Numbered from the stretch's first letter, positions 1 through 13,574 are shown. The stretch is DNA of 64,000 nt from Amoebidium appalachense (GCA_963693365.1 CAVNZM010000004.1:13659928-13723927); one strand, 5' to 3'. Program-made: numbers and translations. The notes: generated by a model not told the origin, from the letters alone.

Positions 1-148
1 GCATGTGAAGGCGAAATGTGACCGTGTCTTCACCTTTTCCCGTCCAGCCATCACAACAACAAAAGCAATCCAAAACCGAATACACGGGCATAGGTTAGGG
101 CATGACCCCACAGAAGCCAGCCCCCCCCCCCCCCCCCCGGGGTGAGCG

Positions 149-188
<40 letters not shown>

Positions 189-207
189 GGGGTGGGGGGG
201 GCATTAC

Positions 208-648
208 TGTTTCTTGGCACGTTTGGCTGCTGCCTCTTGCTCATCGTCACTGAACTCCAATTCCTGATAATTGAAGGGGGGAGGGGAGGATGTATGTGTT
301 AGAGGGTTGGAAATATGGAGGAGACAACAAAAGCAACAACAAAAATGTCACAAAAATGAGAAGTGTGCAGGCAGAAGACACTTGAACAAAGCCCATCATC
401 AGGCGGGCTCCTATGCCTCCACAAAAGCATGGGTTTCAACTCTTTAATCTCCCGCGCGTGGTTCCCAACCCATACTTTGTTTCAACAGCAATAGGCGAGT
501 CCGCCCGTCTTGGCCAAAGACGAGCAGGGTTGTTCAAGGAGCAGCAATCTAAGAACACAAGAGTCTACAAAATCTGCAAGCAGACGAAAAGAAAGAAAAC
601 AAGCAGAGAAATGGAGCATAAGCCGGGTATCTACAAAGCCCCCCGACT

Positions 649-682
<34 letters not shown>

Positions 683-2123
683 CTAGAATGCGTTGGGGTT
701 GTTAGATGCTAGTCAATACAGGCAATGGCTTTGCCTGTGCAACCCTGCACTGCTATGGATTACAGCACACAGCCATCACCCATAGTCTCTATTGTTCCTT
801 TGCTTTGGTCGGTGGTTGCTTTGCAAAACAGGGCATCGTGTCTCCTCTGCCCAAAGACACTTATTTTTCAGGGTGTATGTACACCCGCGTATATGTCCAA
901 GGGGAAAAAAGCCATAGAGAACACACAGCATGTCGTTACCATGATTCCTATCCTCCCTACTTGCAATGCAAAAATCAACCACCTGCTATTGGTGCTATAA
1001 ATCGGCCGGCATGTGTGTGTGTGTGCGCCTCTGACAGGGAGGGGGGGAAGGGGGGGCTTACATTTTCATTGACCTCCTCGTCATTCGTGCCTGACGCATC
1101 TGTCCCCCGATACTTCCTCAGCTCAGCAGGCATCACATAACCTGCCATATTGGGACAGTAGAAGACATCCCGACCAATGAAATCACCCGGTTGCTCCATG
1201 TGTATAGGCTGGGCACGGAGACTGTAAAAGGGTTTGCCCACCTGCCCAAGAACGTCGAACACCTGCACGTGGTGTGTGTGTGTGTGTGTGTGTGTGTGCA
1301 GGTGTGTGCGTATGCACACGGTGAGCGTGTGTGTGTGTGTATGTGTGTGTGTGTGTGCGTGCGCGCACGCGAACACGTGTGCGTGCGTGCGTGTGAGTGT
1401 GTGAGTGTGGAGACATGGCCAGAGGTGACGAGTGAAGGTATCAGAGCACATGGAGTATATGCACATTGGAGAAGCATACATAGGAGGGTTGATGTGTGTG
1501 TGTGGGGTGGTGGTGGTGGTGGTGGTGGTGGTGGTGGTGTGTGTGTGTGTGTGTGTTTTAAGGGGGTGTAGGGCAGGTGGAACCACATGCCATGGTTTCA
1601 CGACCATCTGCATGCATTGAGCGGGGGGGAGGGCAAGCAGACATCTATCTCACAGCTTGATTAACGAGGTTAAAGGTGACGGTGTTGGCATGCATGTGTC
1701 GGCTCTGCTTTGCTTGTCCTTTGGACTAGGGCAAAGAAAAATGTGACGTGCCTGCCCTGCCATGCACTCAGCACGGATTAACTTTGCTTGTTTGGGAGCA
1801 GTAGGGGTAGTGCTGGTGAACAGAGAGAAGCAAAGAGGGGGCCCAGAGAGAGACAGGGAGCGGAGCAAGAGGGGGAAGGGGGGGGGGGGGGAGGGGGGGA
1901 GGCCGGCAGGGCAACGAGAAAAAATAGAGCGGATTTTATGGGGATGTTTTTGGGTATGTAGATGGAGGGGTGAGTGGGTGGGGGGGGGTGAGTGATTAGA
2001 TGATGGGGGGGGGTTGAGGGTTGGGCAGACAGACCTTTCCAAGGGGCTGGTCTCTGGCAAGATAGAGGGCCGTGTCGAGATCCACAGTGGGCACTCTCTC
2101 GGTGGCCTGCACCACAATCTGCA

Positions 2124-2162
<39 letters not shown>

Positions 2163-2483
2163 TATGTGGTGCCATGCATGGTGGGCAAAATGACAAAAAT
2201 GTGTAGTGCTGCTGTAGGGAAAATCTTGCAATGGCCGGAATGAAAATAAAATACCGATGTGAAATTTGACAGGGTAGCTCGACTCTCCCCTCCTTACTCC
2301 CCCTGCATTTAGATGTAGAATTAGGGTAATATATAAAAAACCGACCAAAGGTTTCACGGGATAGCTCACATGCCTCATGCCCCTATTGGCGTTGTGTGGC
2401 AATAATGCTAATACAACATGCGAAAACACCTCTTGTGGTGTACACACACACGCACACACACGCACACACACGCACACGCACAC

Positions 2484-2524
<41 letters not shown>

Positions 2525-3141
2525 CACAGGCAGCAATAATCATACAACACCACCATGCCCACGCACCTGGTGGTCTACTATGCTTATCACTTTGCCCATC
2601 AGCAACATTTCTGCATTTTCGGCCAAAGGTGGTGGCAGCTCCTCGGGGGGAAGTTGCTGGGGGAAAAAAATCAGAATCGACTCCCCCCCCTCCCCCCCCC
2701 CAAAAAAAAAACAAACAAAAAAACAAAAAACAAAAACAAACAACAACATACCCGGGCACCCAAGCATGCATGCACACCAACACGCACACACACACTCTTT
2801 CTCACTCTCACTCATTCAAGTATGAAAGACAGCTCCACTTCGGCATTTCCTGTCTCCCCCTCCCCCCACCCCTCTCTCCCCCCGGGGACCCCCCCCCCCC
2901 CCCCCCCCCCCCCCCCCTTTCCCCGCCCCCCCGAAAATAACAATAAAAAAATAAAAAATAATAACAACAATAACAATGATAATCACAATAATAATAATGG
3001 TAAAATCACGAAGGCTATGATGGGACACTTGTGCAGAAATGGATCAGGCCCGACAGCAGGGAGAGGTATGAACGTTGGGAAGAATTGAAAAGGAGACAGA
3101 AGAAGGGTGCAGGGCTTACAGAATGTGAGCAAGTCGAAGGG

Positions 3142-3175
<34 letters not shown>

Positions 3176-3612
3176 GGGGAGAGTACATTAAACGAGGAGG
3201 GATATGTGGATTTGGGAGTGGGCGGGGAGTCAATGGAAGGGAAGAAAAACACCATGTGCCCTTTTGCGTGGAAGGAGGGAGAGGGTAAAGAGGGAGGGGG
3301 GGGGGGGGGGGGTGATATACAGTAAAAAGGCCGGATATGTACAGATAACATAACAGCAACATACTAGAACCCATCCAGAGGTATAGAGGAGGGGTTGCTT
3401 CAAGCCACCGGCCAAACAGTCACGGAAAGTGGAGACAGTGGGGGAGGGGGAGGGGGGGGGGGAAGGGGGGGGGGGGGGCACACACATCAATCAGGAGTTC
3501 GTTTTTGGTCTTGAGTGGTCCCTCGTTAACATCCTCATCCTCCAGCATTTCAAGAATCTTACCCGAGGTCAGCATCGAGGGGTCGAGCATGTCACTGTCA
3601 CTGTCACTGTCG

Positions 3613-3656
<44 letters not shown>

Positions 3657-3697
3657 CGTGAATGCGTGCGGGTGTGTGTGCGCGCGCGTGCGTGTGG

Positions 3698-3728
<31 letters not shown>

Positions 3729-6002
3729 GAGGGATGGTGGACGGCTGGAATGGTGAGAAAAGGTGTATGCAAGGTAAAATGCCTGTGTAGCGGACAGGAA
3801 ATGTAGGCGAGGGCGGGAGGAGGGGGGAAGGACGGATATGGGGGAGAGAGCCGGGTGTGGATGTTGGGGGGGGCGGAAGGGGGAGGGGGGGATGGGATGG
3901 GGCCGACAAAAATGAAAATTTTTCTCAGAAAAGGCATGGTGGGATGCTTTGGTTGGTGAGCACGAACTTGTGTGTGCTTAAGGCGGAGAATAGAGTCAAA
4001 ATCATAATTGGCCTCCGATCCAATCAGACGGCAGCATTTTGTTGCTAAACCGCTAAAATCCTTTAGATCATGCTAATGTTACTCAATTGATTGCGATTGG
4101 CTAGAGGCACCATTTTGGCGGGAAGGCACAAAGCACGGTGATTGCAACCCAACCATAAGGCAGAGCTTTATTAGATATGCGATGATTGGCTATTGCTATG
4201 CCACGGGATCATGGGTATGCCAGTGGTGTTGTTCTTCAAACATGACTCAGTTTTCATTGCCTGGTTTTAGAGTTGTCCGTGTCGAAAAGAATAGGTAGGT
4301 CGCGAACAGACGGGTGGATAAAACCCCTTTCACCCATGGTGCAGCAGAACAAAAAAATAGGACCTCCAGGCGCGTGTGCTGCGCATTTATCTTCCGAAAG
4401 CTCATGAAGGGTATACGAAAATATACACACAAAGAAAGAAAAAAGCCAAAAGTCTGCAAAACAACCCAGGTAGGACCCCCTATCTAGGGGTCGTGATTGT
4501 CATAAAGCACCCATCCATACTTTTTCACGCTATCACCCGGAAAACACAAGCACAGAACATCCCAGGTATAGAGCATGGGCATTTCGTTGAAAGGATGGCA
4601 ACACCTGTAGGGCTGAGCCGGTTTTTACGTTTTTTTGCGACGCCTTTCCACCAGGAATTGCGTGAGCAAACTAATTGAATGTCATTATCACACAATATAT
4701 CAATTTTCTTACAGAAAAATTGCACGAAATAGTGCTTTATATGCTTCTCACAACTGATAACTCTATATCTTCTGGCGCTGAACTGCGTGTGCACTTGTTG
4801 TACACGATACCCTCTATAAACAATGTCCAAATGGCTGTTGTTTACAGGTTATCTACATGTATGATTAACATCAAATACAAGATAGCGCATACTGACCTGC
4901 CGGCAGAGGTCAATTGTCGCTGAACGTGTATACTGAAACCAGCATAAAAATGATCGAATAACTACGGAATACATAAATATTTTTTACAGACGCTTTATAA
5001 TATTTTTATTATTCGTAGTCTTCGGTTGTCTGCAAATAAATTGTAAATCTTTCATATATGCATATTCGATCACGTTTTATGCTGTGGATAATGGAGCCAA
5101 TGAAAAGTGATTCTATCAAGTTCTGATCGCCGCACCAACAACACTTTAGATTGTTCTATTGGTCAAGCCGGATTTATTTTTCCCGCCAAATTTGAAGCTA
5201 ATCACGCAACGCATTCAGATCGCGCCATACGACCGGAGGATCAGATCTCCATAGTTGCTCTTTTCGGGTCCCTCTATACCCGCTCGGTAAGAGACTTGAC
5301 ACCAGTTTAGCGGCTATGTAATGAAGACAGATAGTAGTTACTGCAAGCGGCACCCAGGATACCACCCCTTAAACCACAAAAAATAAGCTTAAATTATTTT
5401 TTTGGTATAAGATCGTCTAATACCAAAAACATTGATCTCGCATGCTACATAATCATTGTTTTGAAAAACCAGTTTACTTATGGGCCAGAAGACCAAGTCC
5501 CCACACAGGAGAGATGAAGTATGTGGAGCTCGGCTGTCTTAGGAATATAGGGGGGGGGGGGGGGGGGTTTATAATTGAGTTTTTTTTTTTTCGAGGGCGA
5601 TAGTCTGGACCGCACGGCCGCTGTCGAGGTGCCGTAATTTCCTTGCGAACTGAGATTTAAGCCGCAGGTGCGAGCTGTGCGCTTTTCCTAGATCCAGGGG
5701 GGTCTATGATCGATTTGGCGGGGGCACAGATTGGACCCCCCCCCTCCACCTTAAGCGTGTACTTCCACCCTCTGTTCTGTGTGTGTCATGTTGTGTGTGT
5801 TTCTACGCCAGCGATGCGTGGCCGTGATTGACCTTGCAAGGTAAGCTGCCCGGAAGTCCTCCCCCTCCCCCGCCCCCCCCCCAAACTCAATCCATGAAGC
5901 AACCAATGCCTTTCATCTGTAACTATTCGTAGAACCAACAATATTTTACTACCCCCTCCCCCCTTCATTCTCCCCCCCTCCCCCCCCCCCCCCCCGGCCT
6001 TC

Positions 6003-6053
<51 letters not shown>

Positions 6054-8661
6054 GGACCCTCTTCAAACACAATACATACACACCCCATTTTCAACCCCAA
6101 AAAATCCACCAAGAAACAAATAAACATACTGCCTAATCCTCGCTTCTGTATCTCGCAACCACACTTCTCGAGTTCCCCATTATCCCCTCCCCCCCCCCCC
6201 CCCCCACTACTCTCCCCCCCCCCCCTCCCCCATCTCCCTACCACCCATCAACAAAAAGACCCCCCCCCCCCCCTCCCCAAACCCATTTCCCCCTCCACTC
6301 GTTTGACCCTCCCTCTCTCCCCCCTCCCTCTCCCGTCCCCCTAACAACTTTCCCCCCTCCCCCCCCCCCTCCCCCCCCCCCCAAAAAAAAGACAAGAAAA
6401 AAACAAAAAACAAAAAAAACACAACACCATCCCATACCCCCCCCCCCCCCCCCCAAAAAAAAAAAAAAAAAAAAAAAAACCAATCCCCCCCCCCACCTCA
6501 TCCCCCCCACCCCCACCTCTACCCTAACTCACACCCACAGCCTCTTCTTAACCAACATCCTCCCTCCTCAAATTGCACACAACCCCTCGGGCATCATCCT
6601 CCCCTCCCCCCTCCCCTCCCCCCTCCCCCCTGCATACCTCTCATCCTCCTCACTCGACTCCACCTCCTCACTCTCCTCACTGCTTGCATCCGACCCCGAG
6701 TCCCTGTGGCCAATCACATGTAAGAGAGGGAACAAAGAGGGGGAGAAGGAAGAGAGTTACACACGAAAAATTCAGGAAAGGAGTCATGCAGAGTGAAGTG
6801 AAAGCAAGCATATAATGCCCTTGCCACACAAAGAGAGGGACATATGCATAGGAACGTAAAACTGTGAAAAAGTCCAGTGGGGGGGTGGTCTGTGTGTGTG
6901 CCTGTGTGTGTGTTGGGGGGAAGGGGAAAGAGGAAAGGATACCCGGGAGGGGGGGGGGGGGGGGGGGGGGAGAACCGCGCGCGAAGGGGGGGGGGGGGGG
7001 GGGGGTTTTGAATGCGGAACACAGTACGAAGTACGCATACACGATGAGAAGCATGGTGCAGGACACATGCAAAGGCAAACATTCAAGTATGCAGCATCAG
7101 CCATGCGCACAGTATGCGTCATAAGCAGAGCCCATCCTCAGGGAGGGCCCAAGTCATCAATTGCGTCTGAGTTTCGACCCCTTAGCCCGCGTATATACGA
7201 CGCTCCAACTCAGACAGCAGCATCAACTGAACTTGGGTGGGTCAACCCGTCTTGATCAAAGACGAGCAGGGTTGCTTATGCAAGCAAGGTGAGCAAAACG
7301 GTGAAGATGTATGTGCAAACTAATGCAGTGCAGCGACAAACGCGTATGTGCTTACAGATGCACGACACAGAGCAACCATGCCCGGTTGCATGGAAGTAAA
7401 GATGTCTCCACACAGTGGTCTGTCCTGAAAGGACACCTCTGAAAGAAGACAGGGGGGGTTTTGAATGCGGAACACAGTACGAAGTACGCATACACGATGA
7501 GAAGCATGGTGCAGGACACATGCAAAGGCAAACATTCAAGTATGCAGCATCAGCCATGCGCACAGTATGCGTCATAAGCAGAGCCCATCCTCAGGGAGGG
7601 CCCAAGTCATCAATTGCGTCTGAGTTTCGACCCCTTAGCCCGCGTATATACGACGCTCCAACTCAGACAGCAGCATCAACTGAACTTGGGTGGGTCAACC
7701 CGTCTTGATCAAAGACGAGCAGGGTTGCTTATGCAAGCAAGGTGAGCAAAACGGTGAAGATGTATGTGCAAACTAATGCAGTGCAGCGACAAACGCGTAT
7801 GTGCTTACAGATGCACGACACAGAGCAACCATGCCCGGTTGCATGGAAGTAAAGATGTCTCCACACAGTGGTCTGTCCTGAAAGGACACCTCTGAAAGAA
7901 GACAGGGGGGGTTTTGAATGCGGAACACAGTACGAAGTACGCATACACGATGAGAAGCATGGTGCAGGACACATGCAAAGGCAAACATTCAAGTATGCAG
8001 CATCAGCCATGCGCACAGTATGCGTCATAAGCAGAGCCCATCCTCAGGGAGGGCCCAAGTCATCAATTGCGTCTGAGTTTCGACCCCTTAGCCCGCGTAT
8101 ATACGACGCTCCAACTCAGACAGCAGCATCAACTGAACTTGGGTGGGTCAACCCGTCTTGATCAAAGACGAGCAGGGTTGCTTATGCAAGCAAGGTGAGC
8201 AAAACGGTGAAGATGTATGTGCAAACTAATGCAGTGCAGCGACAAACGCGTATGTGCTTACAGATGCACGACACAGAGCAACCATGCCCGGTTGCATGGA
8301 AGTAAGGGGGGGGGGGGGGATTGACGGAGGGGGCAGGGAAAGGAGGGTGAGAACGAGAGAGGAAGAAAAGGATTGAGGATGAAAAATGTTCTGCCTATGT
8401 GTACCCATGTGTGTTATGGGCAAGGGGCGGGTTGGTGGACGCTGGGGCGGGGGGGGGGGGGGGGAGGGAGGAGGGGGGAGGGGCGGGGGGAGGATGGCGG
8501 TGGTGGTGGGGGGGGGGGGGGGGGGGGGGGAGGGGGAGGGGGGAAGGGGAGGTGAAAGCACAAAAAGGAAGATAAACAATGTAGCCCACCACAAAGAGGG
8601 GTGAGTGGATGGTTCTACGAACAATGTCGAGTCTTGTGTGGGGGAGGGGGAGAGAGAGGGA

Positions 8662-8725
<64 letters not shown>

Positions 8726-9006
8726 AGAGGGAGAGAGTGAGGGAGGGAGGGAGGGAAGGAGGGAGAGAGAGAGATAGAGAAAGAGAGAGAACGGGGAGTG
8801 GGGGAGGGGAGAGTGAGTGAGTGAGTCCCAAACGGGGAAAGAGAGAGAGGGAGAGAGAGAGAAGCGAGAAAGGGAGAGGGGAGAGAGAGAGATGGGGGAA
8901 AGGCGGGTAGACTTCGAATGAAGGGAGGGTGAACACCTATTTTCAAGAAGAGAAAAAATTGGAACGGCGGCGGCGGCGGCGGGGGGGGGGGGGGGGGGGG
9001 GGGGGG

Positions 9007-9042
<36 letters not shown>

Positions 9043-9883
9043 GGGGGGGGGGGAGAAAGCGGGTAGGTGAAGCCAAGAAAAGACTCTCGAGCGCACGATC
9101 TCTTCAAGGGATGGTAGAAGAAAAAAGGAGGAGAAACCCGCTACCGCTGCTTAGCTCTATGACCATTGTTTTCTTCTTCCCTATACTTCTTAATCATCCT
9201 CTCCCCACCCTCCACCCAAACCACCCACCCCCGTTCAACCCCTCCACACACACACACACAACACCTGTCAGCATCATAAAAGCCAACCAGAATGACTTAA
9301 CCCGCACGCCACTAAATGATTAAGTCAACGCATTACTAGACGCTTTAGTGATTCACGTTACATCTTTGAACAAGAACCAAGGCTACGCTTTTTGCCCAGT
9401 TTCCACCGTTAACCCGTGTGCACACTGAACACATGAGCAACCCAAACACACAGCTCCCCACAGCCACCACACCATGTTTACTAAACACTTTAAAGACGTA
9501 GCACTTACTCTTCACTTTCATCCTCCTCCCCTTCCTCCTTCGCCTCCCGCTCAACCCCCTCCCCCTCCTCCTTCTTCACAGTCAGCTGCCTTACAGCTAA
9601 CTCTGCGTCAAAGGTTTCTGTGTATTCATCGGTCTCCCCGGCAAGGTCCAAAATGAACCCCTCCTCGGCCCTTGGGGCACTATCGCACTCCATGGCAACC
9701 GCCTCCTGCACGTGGCCATTTCCGTTTGCGTGATTTTGTGCATTCTCTGTGTTTCCTCCTTCTGTGTGGGTGTCCATGGGTTCGTCATGAGTGACCTGCG
9801 TCCCTTCTGTCTGTTGTTGCAGGGGAGAATGGGTCGGTTCGCTGCACGCTGCAGGAACTTGTTCTGTTGCGGATGCGTCCATT
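208..9883 (-). CDS. NAF1: H/ACA RNP assembly factor NAF1 (Gar1/Naf1 domain), multi-exon; 3' end at 204-208 or beyond the left edge
   Basis: Phase-consistent GT-AG exons: 9883-9509 (acidic N-terminus MDASATEQ...EEDESE), 3612-3486 (...PLKTKNELLID), 2656-2567 (QLPPEELP...GKVISIVDHQ), 2118-2035 (IVVQATERVPTVDLDTALY...GK), 1262-1062 (VFDVLGQVGKPFYSLR...GTDASGTNDEEV), 263-208 (ELEFSDDEQE). These match the NAF1 motifs PLKTKdEL, FGPV..PFY.LR, GSDAS..ND.E and FSDDE.E. Confidence 0.92.
381..650 (-). repeat. Divergent copy of the intronic structured element
   Basis: Minus strand reads cttgaacaa-ccctgctcgtctttggccaagacgggc...gtatgggtt...aacccatgc...gcccgcctgatgatgggc-tttgttcaag. Same helix layout as the 7.0-8.3 kb copies with different paired sequences. 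Confidence 0.75.
3320..3405 (-). repeat. Internally deleted mini-copy of the intronic element
   Basis: Minus strand gaagcaacccc...ctggatgggttctagtatg...then poly-C. Keeps the 5' (aagcaaccc) and 3' (ggatgggYtc) anchors and lacks the central hairpins. Confidence 0.45.
4940..5084. repeat. Short inverted repeat around an AT-rich spacer
   Basis: cagcataaaaatgatcgaata near 4940 is the near reverse complement of tattcgatcacgttttatgctg near 5063-5084. Confidence 0.55.
7005..8305 (-). repeat. Head-to-tail tandem array of a 453-bp unit (~2.9 copies) carrying the structured element, in NAF1 intron 1
   Basis: aatgcggaac recurs at 7011, 7464 and 7917 (period 453). The ORF track gives identical peptides in consecutive units. 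Poly-G flanks both sides. Confidence 0.95.
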
Positions 9884-10006
9884 GTGCTGATCCCTTCTGG
9901 CAGGTGAGCCACCCAGGCTACAAACAAGAACAAGAGTGAGCTGCTACCACACAGTAGGTGCCAGCAGCAGTAACTGTGACACACGTGCACACACACCCGC
10001 ACACAC

Positions 10007-11152
10007 CAAGGCCTTCTAAATAGCACTCCGGGCCGAGGCACGCATTAGACTAGAACTTATGATTACGTAAGCAGCTTCCGTGTATTCAATTCCAGCCGGA
10101 TCTGGCGGGGTCTGATCAAAAAGACTATGTACAATTAGCGCAAAACTTGCGCAATTTTTTTGTGCTAAATCAGTAAAATCGGAGCGGCGCGTACCGCCGG
10201 CCGCGGCCCCCGCGCCGGCGGCGTCCGCCCAGGCGCGGCCTCAGCAGTGCCACTTTTTGTCACGGCGGACAAAGGCACATGCAGGTCACAAAAAAAAAAA
10301 GAAGCCAGAAGCATAGAAAGTGTTATAGTTTGCCTTTGGGCCTTTTTTTGTGGTGCTGCTGCCAGCATTGGTGGTTGGAATGCTTTAGCTGGTGCAACAG
10401 ATCTGTTGTGCATAACACAGGCCACCCTACCGGTACCATTCGGATAATCCACTGGTGAAAACACTGGGGTGAAGCTTCCTTTGTCTGGGAAGTAGAATAT
10501 CACTACTTTATAGAGAGGTTGGCGTCTGTGAGGAAGCTGGGCATAAACGTGCCCTCGTAGCGCAGCCCAGTCTTAATATCTCTAATTGCAGAAAACAATA
10601 CAGTATACCTACAGAACTTCACGGGGGGCCGGGGAGTGGCCGGGGCGGGGTAGCTGTTGTAGGAGCCTCAACTCAGCTGCTGTCACCTATGTGCGGCACA
10701 CAGCCTCCTAGATCGCAACACAAACTTAAGGGGGATCCAAGTTTATGTCGAAAATATATAGATAAATGATGACAAACACTCACATAAATAACTTATTTAA
10801 CTACAAAAATGCTATAATAAATATTTTAATAACATTTACAAACAATATTTTAGTTTCATAAGGCAAACCTGAACAATGCTTTCCTTAAAGAATTTGAAAG
10901 CAAATATAGTATTCCTGCTGTAATTTACCAAAACCCGCAATATGGCACATCTAGGAGAACACTAACTTCCCGCCAATTGAAGTCTTAGCCAATCACTGAG
11001 ATAGACATCACCCAATCGGATCAACTATTATAAAAGCAGCGCGCATTCCTCAGTCAACCAATCAGTGGAAATTTCTCTGACACGGAAGTTGATGACGTCA
11101 CTTTCCACTGTGACGACCCCGTGCCTCGGCCCGGAGTGCTATAGAGGCCTTG
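10007..11152. mobile_element. Non-autonomous hAT-type DNA transposon (MITE)
   Basis: ~35-bp TIRs: caaggccttctaaatagcactccgggccgaggcacg (10007-10042) and cgtgcctcggcccggagtgctatagaggccttg (11120-11152). 8-bp TSD gcacacac / gcatacac (7/8 match). Confidence 0.85.
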
Positions 11153-11261
11153 GCATACACACATGCACATGTACACCCTGCACACGTGGGTAATCGCGGC
11201 TCACAAATTAGGCCTAATTGACCAATCAACTGAGCGAGATTCGACAAATTCGGAGACGGTG

Positions 11262-11435
11262 TGAATTTTTTTTATTTTTATAATGACTTTATTGATATGT
11301 GATTTTTTTTTTTTTTTTAATTGACTTTATTGATATGCTCATGAAAAGAGAAGCAATCCGGAGATATCACAGATATCTCAGATCTAATGAAATTTTGAGG
11401 AGGAGTTCATATAAGAAGAAAATACAAAAACCCCT
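11262..11435 (-). mobile_element. Two stacked 3'-end stubs of LINE family A
   Basis: Poly-T + gactttattgatatg occurs twice (minus strand: AATAAA then A-tail), the second continuing ctcatgaaaagagaagcaatccggagatatcacaga as at ~20090 and, more loosely, 24450 and 25745. Confidence 0.8.
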
Positions 11436-11699
11436 TCTTATGCCAACGTCGCCTTTATCGGGGTTTACACACTTTTTATTGCGTGGACACTGCCGGAGGC
11501 CCAGCCACATTCGACGGCCTACTGCGTTTTCCAGCACAGCCAATCAAATGCAGCCAGTGACATATGTACATGCTAGGCAACAATGAGCGCCATCATAGTA
11601 TCTGACACCCCTATTAGTACATATTATGGGTAAGCAGATGCTAGCATCGGTAGCTCCGAAAGAAAGTTAAGGCACCGGATCACAATTTCATACTGTGCA

Positions 11700-12490
11700 G
11701 CATCAATAAGGTGATCTAGGATAGTCATCTTAAAACGCGGATATATTGAGGAAGAGAGGAAGAAAAGAGAATAAAACCGCCAATAACCTCCGGTTCTAAT
11801 ACATTAGCTAACAGGTTGCATTTATTGATAGATATGCAGCCGCGAGTAAACCGCCCCCCACACATATTACACATACGAGCAGGAGACACCAGAAACCGAT
11901 TACACCGCCAAGCCATAATCATCTTTGCGTTTTTACACCACACCACATTACGAATAAACGAATCTATGTATGAACGAGACTCTCTAACCGTATCCGCCAT
12001 ATAGGCTACTAGTAGTTGGTGTTTTTGCGGTCCTAACACCGGAAGGGACTCAACACGTAGAGTAAAAAGATATCTATCAGCCATAGACTTGAAACTATTC
12101 ATATTCACACTATGATCTAGCCGTACCTCCGGGGGGGTCGCCAGCCATTCCACATAGCGCTCGGCAATGGGCAGAGACGATGGGGAAGGGAAGAGGTAGA
12201 GGGGCGAATCCGGCGGGGATGCGTGTAGCCGGAAGAGCGGGTGGTCCGGGGCACAAGCGGACAGGCGGGTGATGTGCTCGTGAAATTTAAGGGCTAATTC
12301 GTGTACGCGTTGTGATGGTGGTGTGAGTGCCTAGAGAGAATCAAAAAGGCGTCTAGGGATAGGTGTGGAAAGACCAGTGAGAAACATACAACAAGTTGTG
12401 TAATGGAAATCATCTATTGATTTAAGGACATTAGTAACAGTATCAGGGGGTGCCATAGCTAGTAAGGGCAACCCGCCTCAGCATGGGGAT
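11700..12490 (-). pseudogene. Degenerate non-LTR retrotransposon ORF2 C-terminus (LINE family B)
   Basis: Minus-strand peptides GLPLLAMAPP...IDDFH, PPSQRVHELALKFHEHITRL...DHPL and AWRCN...CNMC parallel family A (GLPLLLCAPP...FDSFQ, PPASQ.MNELGLRF.FHL.RL..YHPL, WRWN...CHFC). In-frame stops are present. Confidence 0.7.
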
Positions 12491-12856
12491 ACTTGGGCCG
12501 GTGCCTGGTGGTTCTCTATCCTAAGCAGGCACAGGTGTGCTCCACAGGAGCAAAAGAACAAGGACCACGGTCCATTACATAAAGCCTAAATAGGCAAGGG
12601 TGGGTTTCACTAAGGGTGGGCAAAAGCTTAGCGAAAAACCGTGTCTAAAGAGACACATACACAACACTAAAGAGTGCTGCGAGTGCCGTGCGAAAGCAGG
12701 GCGTGGCTCTCATGTAGCCGCCCCGCTCACCATCAACTGGTATGCAAAATTATCCTAGGGTGCGCTAAGGACCAATAGCTTAAGGCGGCGTACATGCCAA
12801 TCTAATACCGAGGTCACACACACGCACAAACACATACACACACAACACACATTGTC

Positions 12857-12939
<83 letters not shown>

Positions 12940-12959
12940 TGCAAGGCCCCCTCAAAAAG

Positions 12960-13480
12960 CGGGCAGGTTAGGCCCTGTGGCCCCCAGGCCCAGAAGGGCC
13001 CGAGGGACCAATCCCGGAGGAGGAACCCCCAGAGCCGCCGCGGGGCTTGCCAAGTGAGCTCAGCCAGAAGCTTGGCTGGACGCACAGCCTTGGAGGCAAA
13101 AGCCGTGGGGACCGCCAGTGTACGGGGAGGGAGCTCTTCGAAGTGCTCGGCAACAGTCCAGTCACCCTTAGACTGGTCGGCAGACTGGAGGGCTAGCAGA
13201 CGACGGACAGCTACCTCCACAGCAGGGGAATCCTTGCGGGCCTGGGGGGAGGCGGCCAGCAGAAGGTCCAGGAGGCGGGCAATGGTCTGGGCCCCACGTT
13301 TGTTGCGTACGCTGCTCCAGTCGACAGCGTTAACAGCCGCTGTAACCGAAGCCTGGTCGGCCAGGGTGGTCCTCAGGTAGGAGGGGGCAACATCAGATGA
13401 AGGCGCTCGTCAATGCGCACTTCCAGGTGGACGGTAACACCACTGGGCAGGGGGTAGCGAGTGGGCTTGGGCTTGCGGCG
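12960..13480 (-). pseudogene. Truncated gag-like ORF resembling DIRS/tyrosine-recombinase retrotransposons
   Basis: GC-rich coding-like sequence. VAVRRLLALQSADQSKGDWTVAEHFEE recalls the DIRS gag motif R...l..AD.S..GW.vv.eye. It has a frameshift and ends at a (GT)n tract. Confidence 0.5.
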
Positions 13481-13574
13481 ACCCGTGGCCGGGACGTGCG
13501 GCGGCGAGAAGACCCAAGGGAGTCACTCGTGGAAGACTCGGACCCGGTGTCACTGGACTCAGGATCACTGTTGG

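Noticed and set aside
7120-7281. Hammerhead ribozyme in the structured element (CTGANGA and GAAAC both present)
   Set aside because: The motifs do not flank a stem II in any type I/II/III arrangement; CTGANGA sits in a hairpin loop and GAAAC within a stem.
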